DNA of 64,000 nt from Takakia lepidozioides. Its lineage: Eukaryota > Plantae > Bryophyta. The stretch is taken from assembly GCA_030704615.1 (NCBI GenBank), contig CM060734.1, positions 35,154,001 through 35,218,000 of the forward strand, read 5' to 3'. The notes under the pieces are model-generated. The model saw only the letters and a list, made by a program, of their open reading frames with translations. It made no database searches and had not been told where the DNA came from. The position numbers and the translations under genes are program-made. This document shows, in pieces, positions 23,950-36,164 of this stretch. The first letter of the stretch is position 1; each line of letters starts with the position of its first letter.

Positions 23950-24290
23950 CAATCCCAGAATCCCAGAGGACTAGATTTAAGGCAGAAGGGTACGGAAGAG
24001 GCATTGTCGATTGAAAGCTACAAGAAACCTACATGGGTCGATGGTCAACTGAAAGTAGGAGCAGCACAGTTGTTTGAATCAGAGAGGTTACAAGAAGTCT
24101 TCTGGCTCTTGGGATGTGAGGACAGTACGTAAAATGAGTGTTTGGGTGTGGAACAATACAAGAGGACCAGATTTCAGGCATAAGGGTACTGAGGAGGCAC
24201 TCTGGATTGAAAGCTACAATAAACCTGTATGGATAGATGGTCAGCTGGAAGGAGGAGCAGCACAAGTATTTCAAGCTGTCCAGGGGAACA
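23950..24290 (+). pseudogene. Fragment of an organellar single-stranded DNA-binding (OSB/PTAC9-type) gene with two PDF motifs
   Basis: NPRGLDLRQKGTEEALSIESYKKPTWVDGQL and NTRGPDFRHKGTEEALWIESYNKPVWIDGQL, in different frames. Confidence 0.7.
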
Positions 24291-24795
24291 GTTGTTGTCA
24301 GGATAGTAAGACACGTGTTTCTCCTGTCGCCGACCAGCACCCACCACCTGGAGATATGTGATATTGTTCGCTGGTGCATCTAAGAGGATCCATCCCTGAG
24401 GCCTGCCATGGGAATTGTAGTTAAAGTTCTTGAGGGGCTCTTGGATGCCACCTCAAAGCTCACACCCTCGTTACAGTGTTACAAGTAGCAACCCTGACTA
24501 TGTCAATGATATGCTAGTAGAAACTGAACATGCAAATGATGTCATCGTTTTCGGAACAAAAACACATTCTGATTGATGACCTTGTAAATGAAAATCAGTC
24601 AGAAGGTTTAAGCTTGATGTTAGGTGACACACTTGAAGTGAGTTTTCCAAGAAGGTTTAAAAGGTGATCGCAAGTCTACAACTCAATCCCACAGTTCTAG
24701 AACTTTTATATCAATGAAGAAACTCAGCTACCAGTCCTACTCTTCTAAGCAACATGTCTGCACCCTTGCAAGTTTACGGTACACAGCCAGAGTAC

Positions 24796-26345
24796 AAACC
24801 ATATGCATTCCCAATTTGTTTGGTGTCTTTGGAACCCACGATGATGAGAAGACAGAATATCATAAGGATCCAGTTGATTTCAAGAATGTAGGTCTGCCCC
24901 TGGATCCGATGTGATGTGTGCACAATCTTCACTTGGGGAAAGCAACCAAGGGCTGATGACTGCTTGACAATAGAGAATGTGGCTGATATGATGGCCTGAC
25001 TTGCAATCAAAGCTGCTATTGTTGCCAGCACAGCCACGGGCCAGTACAGCTTGTCTGTAAACCACACAACATCACAGTTACCACACCAAGAGAAAAGATG
25101 CAGAACCCACAACCACCTACTATGTGCCCACAGTGCCCTACCCATTCGGCCATCTGTCGGAAGCTTAAACACCACAAGAAAGAGACATAGCTCGAATGTG
25201 ATAACGAAGTAGAAAGTGCAACATGTGTGCATTGTTGAAATGAATTGAGAAACGGAAGTAAAATATCAATCATGTAATGATCACACGTTTAGACCCCACC
25301 AGCCACTCTAAAAGCAGTGTAGAATACCTGAACCAACCAATCCTGGCTTCAGTCTGGATTATGCACGAGCGAGTACAAAGGAAGGTAGTAAGGGACAGTA
25401 AATGGACATAGCTTGCCTGGAAGTGAACTGTAAAACGTGTTTCCCACTTGATCAGGATGTTTCAAAAGGTATGCCGCCTGATCAAGATAAGCTACCTTGT
25501 GGCAGGGGAACACTAAGTCAGAAAATGCAATCTGCACCCACATAAATGTCCCCACTTTTTGTTGGCTCTCTTGTAGAGAGAGACTATGCATCATGTTCAA
25601 GTCAAATTTCAATGGAGAAAATGTGGTCAAAGGACCTTACACCGTGTCAAGCTTCTGATTTCGTCTGGGGTGTTTCTATTGTGCATGCTTGAGGGTATAC
25701 TCCGTGCAGGCTCTTAGGCCATTGGAAGCTGTCATTAGGGTTTTAATCCACCAGCCTTGAATCTGAAGCTTGGATTTTAGGCATGTGTGTTGTGCTGAGT
25801 CATGCTCCCTAATCTTACCGTCCTCTTATGTTTTGCCTAAGCAAGAGAGTCAATTGCCAATTGCAGCTTGTTATAGGATCAGTCCGTTCCACCCCCGTTT
25901 ACGTATGAACATGAATACAAATTGACTGCAAGACCAGCCTCCTATTGGCATTCCACAACTTGTGTCAAGCAGAGATGTAGCTGAGGGCAATTACCTGAAT
26001 GGATTGAACAAAGAAGTGGCCTAAATCAGCAAACAAGGCTTCGGTCCCTGCAAGAGAGAGACCACCAAATTTACTTTCAAGAGCACAGACCTTGGTGACA
26101 GCTGCATTTGTGGTGCAGTTCGTCTTACATCTTTGACATAAGCAGATCATCAAGACATTTTCACCGATTGTGATGACTTCAATGGTTTTAAAAGCCCCAC
26201 GGACATGTTGCTTGCCTGTGATGCAAAGCACAATGCCTCCAAGATGTTCCCATGCTGCTTTATTGTTCCTGCTGAAAAATGCAATGATATGAAGGGGACC
26301 AAAAATGCACGAAGTACAGTCTTGTCGTATTTGATGATGGGCTTT
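24796..26345 (-). pseudogene. HAK/KUP/KT potassium transporter, internal exons only, frameshifted
   Basis: IIKYDKTVLRAF; GTEALFADLGHF..SIQ; AYLDQAAYL; [62 protein letters not shown]. Confidence 0.85.
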
Positions 26346-28410
26346 GATCTCACCTGGCTGGCATGGAGGAACCCCCCCCCATCAGCGCTTGCTCATGGTG
26401 TTAAGCAACACTGGTTTTTGTAAGTCTGTTCTTCTACCCGAACTCTCAACAAATACCAACTTGTTTGGTCATATTTCGGGTAAACTTTCTCATATTTCTC
26501 TTTTTAGAAGATCCCATTTTGACTTCTCCTTTTCTACACAAACTAGAACTTTCCCTATTTCCTTTGTTTTCGGGTAGAGGATGTTTCTTTTCATCTCACC
26601 GTCAACCTGAGCAGTCTACATGCAATCAAAGATAGCTGCAAAAAATCACCAGATTTCGACCTTACAACAGGCTCGGACTCTTTAATGCAGGGCAAATGGG
26701 GGTAGCACAGGGAAAGGCCCAGGTGGTAATACAGCTAGTCTTGCTGCTCTGTGTGCTTGGGAAGAAAAGATCCTTGGTCAATATAATCTAGTCACGGTAA
26801 GCTTATGACCCTTTCTTGGATGTACCTCATTATTGCTTCAGAGAAACCCAAAGTCTGGGCCTGTTGTTGGTTCCGCATGTCTCATTATGGGACCTGAGAG
26901 ACAGTGTTTTTTCTAAGAAATTTGGAAAACAGCACGAGTGGCTACAGAGTTCTGCAAAAATAGTGGTAAATTTTGTTTATCCACTAAATTCATCATATAT
27001 TCCATATTTGGCGAGGACATCCATAATATAATTTTTTATTTGGACAAATTTGGCTATTTCATGCATGAAAAAACAGGGAATTTGCAACTGGAAATTCCAT
27101 TTTATTTGCTGAGGTTAAAATCTGGCGAAAATTCGCCAATTAAAAAAACGCTGTTGAGAGATAGTTCCTTTATAGAAATGTGAAAGGCTGTAGTAGTGAA
27201 CTATGTACTAGTTGGGAATTAATTCTATGTAGGCATTTATAATTACATGTTTAAAAGTTTCAAATTGAAAAATGCTTATAAACTATGTAGATTGGAATTT
27301 TTTTGATATTGAGATCAACAAAAACAGACAATTTGATGTGATGAAGTTCACAATTTCATCTTATAAGATCATGAAATTGAGTATCAGATATCGAAATTGA
27401 TCTAATGAAGCTGCCAATTTTGAAATTGACAATCTCACTTCTAAATGGAGATTACTTATTTTAAATGATCATTCAACTTTATTATAGTATCCTTTTTTCA
27501 CGTATTAATTGATACTAGGTATTATATACTACATATGTGATTGAAAAATATATTACTTCTCCCTTTTATAGTCTTTGAAGGTATTCCATATTCTATTCAA
27601 GATTTGAGACATATCTAAATAGTAATGTATAAGCATGGTAGTTTTATTTATATTATATTTTAAACATAACGATTTTCAATATCGCAAGTTAAAGGATGTA
27701 ATATAAAAACGGAAATCTATATTAAAATATCTATTTAACAACCCTAAAAATCCATCTCAAAATTAGAATCCCATAATACCTATCTAAATTTAGCAATCCT
27801 ATCCACCTCAAAACAACAACCCTACAATATCCAAGTCAAAATAGCAACCCCAAAATGCCAACCTTATAACTTCTCTTTAATAAATAAATTGACAATGAAT
27901 TACATCACATGAACTAACATAAATAGGAGTATGGTAAACTATCTAAAATAAAATGTGGAATTGTCTACTTCAAGGATTCAAAGGGATTGTTAAGGATGAA
28001 ATTTTCATATTTCAATGGTCCAAATAGACAATGGAAGATTTGGACCCAATGTATACCCAAAGACAAAACACAAGAAATAAATTTATAGAATAAATTAAAT
28101 CAACATATAACCTCAACATAAAATATCAAAGAGTCCTTGAAATTGGTACTGAAGACAACTCAGAATAGTATGACATGAATCAAAATTGATTAAAAGATGG
28201 AACAACGTAACACATGTGTATAGAAATACTTAAAAAAACAAATGACCATCAAAACTTGAAGCTGGGTATGAGGCTTGTAAAAGTTTCGATGCTCATTTTG
28301 TTATTTAAGGATTTATGTACACATGTGTGGATTTGTTCCAGGTGGAGAACATCAACATTGCAAAAAATGGACATGGAGAAGCATCACATTACGAAGCCGA
28401 AGACACTATA

Positions 28411-29060
28411 ACAGGTCCTGGTTTAATATGAGATGAAACGAAATCCATTCAATGGGCGATCGAATGGTTGACCATCCAAATGATTTTCGTTTGCTTTCAA
28501 TCTTTGCCACTATGTTCAACATACCATGTACCAGGTCCCGCACTAATATGAGATGAAACAAAATTCACTCGATGGCTCAACGAATGGTTGCCCAACGAAA
28601 TGATTTTGGTTCGCTTTGAGACTTGGCCAGTATATTGAATGTACCATGTAAGAGGTCCTAGAGTAATATGAGATGAAACGAAAGTCGTTCAATCAGCCAA
28701 CAGATAGTTGCCCATCCAAATGATTTTCGTTCGCTACAAGACTTGGCCAGTATGTTGAATGTACCATGTAAAAGGTCCCACAGTAATATGAGATGAAACG
28801 AAAATCGTTCAATGGGCCAACAGATGGTTGCCCATCGAAATGATTTTGGTTCGCTTTGAGACTTGGCTAGTATGTTGAATGTACCATGTAAGAGGTCCCA
28901 GAGTAATATGAGATGAAACGAAAATCATTCAATGGGCCAACAGATGGTTGCCCATCCAAATGATTTTCGTTCGCTTCGAGACTTGGCCAGTATGTTGAAT
29001 GTACCATGTAAGAGGTCCCAGAGTAATATGAGATCCAACGAAATTCGTTCAATGGGCCAA
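28411..29060 (+). repeat. 120-bp tandem satellite, about 5.5 copies
   Basis: TAATATGAGAT at 28424, 28544, 28664, 28784, 28904 and 29024. Confidence 0.92.
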
Positions 29061-29678
29061 TGAGGCGTTCACCTGTCATCTAATTTTGTTCATTGGGAAA
29101 AAGAAATGCTCTCATGGGTGAAAGGCTATTGCACCCATTGAACATGTGAGGTTGAGGCCCATCTTTTGCCCGCATGTGCTTGAACATGTGTGTAACACAT
29201 GTGAGGAGATACAACAGAAGAAAAAAATCATTTGCCTCCCCAAGGACGCGCTCACCTCTCAACCAATTCGAGAATTTAATTGAATTGAAATGAATTTGAA
29301 GCAAATAATTAGGTTTCCACTTCCTTTGATTGGGGGTTTCTGCTACGCATTGATTTTATTTTTGGCTCAGTTTTGTTGTGCGGCTTCAAGTTTCCCACTG
29401 CTACATCCCTGCAAAACTTTGGACCAAACAAAAATGAAAACAAAATAAAATTTAGAAATGTTCACTTCGCTCACTATTGCAGAACTATCTATGAAGACTG
29501 CATGTAATAGAACGCAAATCAAGTTTGGAGTGCAAAACAGGGAAGAAACTGTGGTTTTGGGTCCAAATGAATTTTGTTCACTCCCAAATCTGCCACGCAC
29601 GTAACATATGTCGTCGTTACACATACGGTTCAAAATTGGAATGGAAAAAAAATCATGTGCACGCGAGACGGAGTTCAA

Positions 29679-29960
29679 CAGGTCCCACAATAATAGGAGA
29701 TGAACCCGAATTCATTGAATGGGTCAACGGATGGTTGCCCATCCAAATCATTTTTGTTTGCTTTCAAACTTTGCCAGTACGTTCGGTACACCCTCTCACA
29801 GGTCCCGCACTAATATGAGATGAAACGAAATTCATTCGATGGCTCAACGAATGGTTGCCCATCGAAATGATTTTGGTTCGCTTTGAGACTTGGCCAGTAT
29901 GTTGAATGTACCATGTAAAAGGTCCCGGAGTAATATGAGATAAAACAAAAAATTATTCAA
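29679..29960 (+). repeat. Second block of the same 120-bp satellite (about 2.3 copies)
   Basis: Unit starts at 29691, 29811 and 29931. Confidence 0.88.
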
Positions 29961-30319
29961 TATTTGCTGATTCAGGGTTTTAGTAGTTTAGGATTGAAAT
30001 TTTTCGCCACCTGTGATACAAGCTTGCGATATGAGGTCCACATCTGTAGAGGTTGCACTCGCCCTCTGCAACGATCAAGCAGTTCACGAGCACGAAATTG
30101 GCAAAAATAACAACTATGCGAAACTAACACATAAAGAACAAATAGCCCCTATACCTGATGAAGGTGTTAACCTATAGGCGTGGCTTTTTCTCCATAACAG
30201 GTGCGAGAGTGGGCGGTGAGGCTTCATCTCAAATTGAAGGTCCTCGCCCATGGATAATTTCGCACGGCCAAACTTTGTACTAACCAGCCTGAGAAAAAAT
30301 CGTGCATTGTTCAAACCCT

Positions 30320-30445
30320 AAACATGATGGTGTGAAGCTTGGGGAGATGGAGCGTGATTGCATGCTTGGGCATGGAGCTGCATCCTCTATGCAAGAACGA
30401 CACTTTCTTGTTATTGATCCGTACAAATGTTCAATTTGTATGCCC
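30320..30445 (+). pseudogene. Fragment of an RNA polymerase second-largest subunit (RPB2/NRPD2 family) C-terminus
   Basis: DGVKLGEMERDCMLGHGAASSMQERHFLVIDPY resembles the conserved GEMERDC motif. Confidence 0.7.
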
Positions 30446-30814
30446 AACCACATCACATCTGCTTTTCATATTGTTGCCAAAGGGTTTCTAGAGACTGGTG
30501 CTGATTCTAAAAGTTCTCACATCCACTTAAATCAGGACATATGTAAATAGAATACTTCATCCATATTTATAGATGAAACATGAAAATGATGTAGTTCATC
30601 CGATCAAGTTGGTGCGTGTTTGACAGGTCAAGAGATATATTGTTCAGTAGTGGTGCAACTTTAGAGTTTCGTCTAATATGAGACTTTCCAACAGAGGTGC
30701 CACCTGGATCAGTATGTAGAATTGGGGATCACTTTACAACCAATTACAACAAGGCAGGGCTTGCATGAATTCCATGCGTTTGTTTTCTTTGTGTCGCTTT
30801 GCCAGATTGGACTC

Positions 30815-30910
30815 ACGTATGTTAAGGGCGGGAGAATTATGGATGCTCGACGTGTGTTCAACAGAATGCCTCGATGATGTTTGATTACATGGAATATAAT
30901 TATGGCTATT
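30815..30910 (+). pseudogene. PLS-class PPR fragment
   Basis: YVKGGRIMDARRVFNRMPR*CLITWNII. Confidence 0.55.
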
Positions 30911-31719
30911 CCCAGGGGGAAATGGCTATTCCCCTCCTAACTCTACAAGGAAAAGGAAGGGGGAAATGGCTATTTGAGGGCTATTCCCAGGGGAAATGAC
31001 TACTACCGACTAGCAACACAAGTAATAAGAACTGAGTTCACTACTTCTTATGAGATTATTATATGTAAGTTGGTTCTTTCGGCGATAGTCTTCTGTCTCC
31101 AAGCTAAGAAAGGAATTGTGCTGCACAATGTGTGATATTGGAGATGGATCTTATATGAATTAGTGAGCAGGGTGCTCTAAAGGCTGGTAAGCTTGCACAA
31201 TGAAAAACATGCATGGAGCACATTTGGATATGTTTGTTCATATATGTATTTTGTTGGCCCCTTGATGAAAAGGTTCTACTGTACTCATTTGAACTAACAT
31301 CTACACTCAACAGATTGAACAACGTGATTGTAATTTAAATTGATGATCTCAAGTGCATAACATTGGTGTCGAATTTGGCATACTAATTGCAAGTTCTAGA
31401 TTTGACCTTCGAACATGTATCACACAATGACAACTCCTCGATCTCAACATTGCCCCAACTGGATTATATCCCTCTCAGCACAAGGTTATTTGACGGGAAC
31501 GACCAATTCATACTGTACGATAACAAAACAACAATGTAGTGAGTAGACTACCCGTGCATACTTAGATAGAATGTCTGATCATTGCATGGTCATATGCAAC
31601 ACATAAGGTCTTGCATTTCCAATAAATACTAGCACGACTAGCACGACTAACACAATTCACACGCTTCAACACTTGAATCCATGCAGGAGACATGCATGTT
31701 CGAGTAACATTATACCTGC

Positions 31720-32709
31720 TTAAGTCGACAAGTACCTGTTGGCTGGATGATCAAAATTATTATGCCAATTTAGGAGTGAGAAACTTTTGACAAAACGATG
31801 ACCCTTTGTAGCATAAATAGCTTCACCCAAAAACTTCCACATGCGATTCCCCTTCAACCAGAATGACACCAAAGTCCAACTCTTCACAACCCTTTCCCGT
31901 ACTGCTAAGGAGTGGGGCGGACATATAAAACCTTTCTGCTTGGTGTCTGCAAGACCCACCCGCTCCTGCATGAAGTTAGCTCCAGGGTACACTAATATGT
32001 CTCTGCCACAAAAATGAAACTTGTCGTGACTCACCCCACACATGCGCTGATCCCAGCTGGAGTCCTTAAGATGCATGAGACCATGCACCTTGCATAATGC
32101 AGGTATTACTTTAGAGAACAATGCAGCTGTGTCTCCTTTTACGAATTCCCATAACCTAAAAGAGCTGGGCTCTATAGGTGGAAGGAAACTCTCAAGTATT
32201 GTTGTGGGATGTCTTGAAACTACGTATTCAAGTATCCCCAATTCTGGCCAGCTCAAAAATTCTCCTTTAATAAGCTTGGATTGAATAATTTCCAACGGAA
32301 GTTGCGGTAAGGTCCGATCATCAAACAACCGTCGCAAGACTTTTGGAGAGTGTGTGTTTGCAAGGCTAGAAAATGTTTCATCCATTGTCATTGCTTCTGC
32401 CTCAGAGCAATCCAATTTCTTTGTTGCTTCAGCTATATTGTCTTCTTCACACATCAATTCCCACATCAACTGGCCCCCCAAGCTTCCCTCTGTATCACGC
32501 GCAACCATCTCCTTCCCCGATTCCTGCTCATTCTCTCTTATCTTTTCTTGCCACAACCTCTTCACTTCTAGCTCTCGTTGCAGCTCTCTCTCCCTCTCAG
32601 TAGCTGCCTCCCGCTCGCTTTCCGGTTCTACCTCCATCTTCAAGACGTCGTCGATTTTTTCAACGTATCGAGCTACTTCCTCTCTCAGATTGTGCTCCTC
32701 AGCTTCCAA
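31720..32709 (-). CDS. Uninterrupted 329-codon ORF of unknown function with a coiled-coil N-terminus; no ATG at its 5' end, so possibly a terminal exon
   Basis: Long stop-free frame in a degraded region; E/R-rich helix and a weak F-box-like LPQLPLEII. Confidence 0.45.
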   Translation of the reverse strand: MEAEEHNLREEVARYVEKIDDVLKMEVEPESEREAATERERELQRELEVKRLWQEKIRENEQESGKEMVARDTEGSLGGQLMWELMCEEDNIAEATKKLDCSEAEAMTMDETFSSLANTHSPKVLRRLFDDRTLPQLPLEIIQSKLIKGEFLSWPELGILEYVVSRHPTTILESFLPPIEPSSFRLWEFVKGDTAALFSKVIPALCKVHGLMHLKDSSWDQRMCGVSHDKFHFCGRDILVYPGANFMQERVGLADTKQKGFICPPHSLAVRERVVKSWTLVSFWLKGNRMWKFLGEAIYATKGHRFVKSFSLLNWHNNFDHPANRYLST

Positions 32710-32869
32710 TTCCCTCTCAAATCGAGCTTATTGTTTCACTTCAGCCTTCATCACAGGGTAATTGAGCCATAGGTGTGCACCAAAGACAACCACAACCACA
32801 ACCACAACATAAGGAAAATCATTATACAGGTCATGAGTTCTCCACCATACAGATAGTTATCACGCTTAC

Positions 32870-33800
32870 ACATATAGATATATACCAGGCATAAATATCA
32901 GGCATACATAGATATCTAGATACATATCACGCATATATGTCATGGATATCTTCATAAATATCACGATATCTCCAAAGATATCACGTGATATTTTCGTAGA
33001 TATCTAGATAGATTTCACGCAAACATATCATTCATAGATATCTAAGTAGATATCACGCATTTGTAAGTATAAATCAATGAGATTTCGATTGCATAATAAT
33101 CATTACTATGTATTCATCATGACAAGAACGCACTCTAAGAGTCCTTGTGGGGATATTTTAACGGTTAGGTATCGCACATAAACAGTCCCCAAAGGACTCT
33201 TCGAACTGTTACGTGTTCAAAGACATCTACCAGGGGATTGTTTATGTGCGATATCGCGCAGAAAGATTCTTTTTTTCTCTCCATGGATGTAAGAGTTTCC
33301 CAGGACTCTCTTCTTTTTCTAGGGCACAAGAGAATAGATTGAAATGGAATTGCTTTGGTGCATCTCATATTCCTTATATCTATATGAAGAGTCCTTGGGG
33401 GACTCTTTGAACCGTTAGGTATCGGGGAGAAAGAAGTCCCCCAAGGACTCTTCTAACCGTTAGGTAACAGGGAGTCGGGCAGAAAGAGTCCTTGGGGACT
33501 CTTTGAACTGTTAGGTATCAGGGAGAAAGAGTCCCCCAAGGACTCTTCTAACTGTTAGGTAACAGGGAGTCGGGCAGAAAGAGTCCTTGTGGGACTCTTT
33601 TAACGGTTAGGTATCACACGTCTCTCAAGGACTCTTCGAACTGTTACGTGTTCGAAGAGTCATTGGGGGACTGTTTATGTGCGATGTCGCGCAGAAAGAT
33701 TCCTTTTTCTCTCCATGGATGTAAGAGTTCCCCATGACTCTCTTCTTTTTTTGGGGCACAAGAGAATAGATTGAAATGGAATTGCTTTGGTGCATTACTT
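32870..33800. repeat. Complex repeat: GATATC-rich tract, then nested duplications carrying AAGAGTCC-N-GGACTCTT palindromes
   Basis: ~33137-33363 is duplicated at ~33578-33796, with two ~95-bp units between them. Confidence 0.7.
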
Positions 33801-35494
33801 TCCGATCATCCCGCGATTGAGGGCACAGTACCGAAACCCCGAATTGGCCAGACTCATGAGATGGCACGCCTCGTATTTCCTATTCCTTACATCTGTCTGA
33901 AGCATTGCACATTATTCTACTTCTGGCAATATGCCTCGAGTGGTATTGCCCTTACAAGCTCTTAATAGTTGGATTCATATATTTATCTTCACGTGCTTGG
34001 CATTTTGTGGATTTTTAGTTGTGATTGAACCAAAAGTTACATGCACACATGCAAGAAGTTATGGATGGAGTCATCTTATCCAATCTAATGATTCGAGGTA
34101 TCCTCTTGGTGAGTCCAGATAACACTGGTTTATTCTAAGAAATTTGCAAACATTCAGAGAGGAGGAAATCAGTTCCCTTCAGCTGAATGAACTTGGTTAA
34201 GTGTGCTGCATTTAACACCTCATGTTTGCCTAGTTCATGTCCAGACTATGCGTCACCTGGGCAGGCCTAGGGAAATTGCAACTGCAAGTCCAGACAGGCA
34301 CCTAGAAACGGCATATAGGGAAAATGAAGGTATTTCTGCATGGTGGATGAGTATCACCCATTTGATCTCACATTCTATGAAGTTAAGATTAGATAAATTT
34401 GAATGTGTGTCAATTCCATCTTTTCCATATACTCCTCAACAGTTTCATGCTTCTTTTGCTTTAACTGTTTTGTATATGTCACACACAATTGAAAAATTCA
34501 ATTGATATGGAAATTATAAATTTTACATAACCATCACAAAAAATACGGCCCAGTTGTTGGGGCTGGAAACCCCCAAAAAATAGAAAAATATAAAAAAAAA
34601 CCATCAAAATACTTCACAAAATTATTTTGTAAATAGCCAAAATAAAACATAAATAAAAAAACAAAAAAAACATAGTTTATCTATCTCACTTTGGTGATTA
34701 AATGCTGTAATAACCATTTTGTTTTCAAACCTCCATTTGCTCCTTGTCTTTTAGTATGGCTAGTATAAGCCAACGATAACATTCTGACTTCATGTGAGCC
34801 TGAGTTCCAGGAATGTATTCAATAAAAGTGTCCGATCCATTTGGTCCACCAATGTATTGCCAAAATAGATCTAGATCGTTGTTTTCAAGAGCAGAATCTG
34901 GAGCATCGAGACACACTGTTGTCAACGCTACATGGAAGATATACTTGTTCTCGTCAGGTTCAAATGACGAGGAACTGAGATCGTAGGCAATATCCCGAAT
35001 GTTTGATATTACCTGCACTTACCCACAACATAACAAATAATCAAATTGCATTTTGAAAAACTGACATGCTAGACAAGAAGTTTTTCCCATTATGTTTTGA
35101 CATGCTGAAGCAATACACGACTTTCATTGGCAAACTTTCAGATTCACAGAACTTGTGGAGAGGGGGCAGAAAAGGCTGGGGAGCTTCAGAAGGGTGTCGA
35201 ATGCTACGAAAGGGTACTTGGTGGTTTTCCCATATCCAGCTTATAGATTATAGATTTTGTAGCGCTATTCTCTGGGACACCCACTGAAACATATTATACG
35301 TGAAAAAACTCGTTATAGCTAGTTCTAAGTGAATTCATAAGATGAACCTAAGTCCTGTATGGGTTCTCAAACTTTGTTAGATGATAGGGGCGGATAGTTT
35401 TGCTCGCCCATGTAAGATTTTCATAGCTGCAAAATTTTGTACTTGCGGGCCTGATTTAATTACTTATATAGGATGTGATTGCAAATGACGACGT

Positions 35495-36164
35495 GTCATA
35501 CAAAGTGCGATGCACCATCTATGCCACCATGCACACGAAACCCCAAAATAGCGAGCTTGTCGTAGGCTGTGATTTATCAGTTACACAAAGTTTCATAAAT
35601 TAATGGTGACATTCAGATCTACAAATAGATTAATATCATTACATTCATCCTAATCTTTCCTCCTCTAAATTTCTCACTTGCATTGGTTACATGAGAAGTT
35701 CACAAAAAAAATTCTAAATATACATCTATATATGTGATGAGTACATACAATCAATATGCCATAGGCGCATTGGCTTAACCACGCTGTATTGGCCCCGGGC
35801 CATCCACACCAAACGTCTTCGGTTCAGATGTTGTGGTGCTAAGACATGTAATGCGTTCCGCACTTGTTCTCGTGATACTCGATGATGGTGTGCTCTCAAG
35901 ACTACTTGGACGAGACGGATGCCCCAATTTGCACCACTCTTCTCCATTGGCACATAAGTCTTTATGAGCTCTTGAACTTGTAAATTAGTAAGTTTTGGTT
36001 TTACCCCCCGTCCAACCTTCTTTGATTAGTTTTCTCCGCAGGACATTTCTATGCATGCTCAAGCTTTCAGCGATCTGGCTGAAAGTATAACCATAATCAA
36101 GTCCTCGGTCCACTGTTTTCATAAGACTTAACGATGTTGGGCTTTCTGGGATAGACTCCTCCAT
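35495..36164 (-). mobile_element. IS3EU-like DDE transposase remnant (HTH plus start of integrase core), containing an intron
   Basis: GYTFSQIAESLSMHRNVLRRKL (HTH); WGIRLVQVVLR..RVSREQVR..GQYSVVKPMRLWHID spliced (GT 35748 to AG 35567) to SYDKLAILGFRVHGGIDGASHFV. Confidence 0.72.

Noticed and set aside
28411-29960. CRISPR-like array
   Set aside because: Whole 120-bp units repeat with no unique spacers; no cas genes; eukaryotic context.
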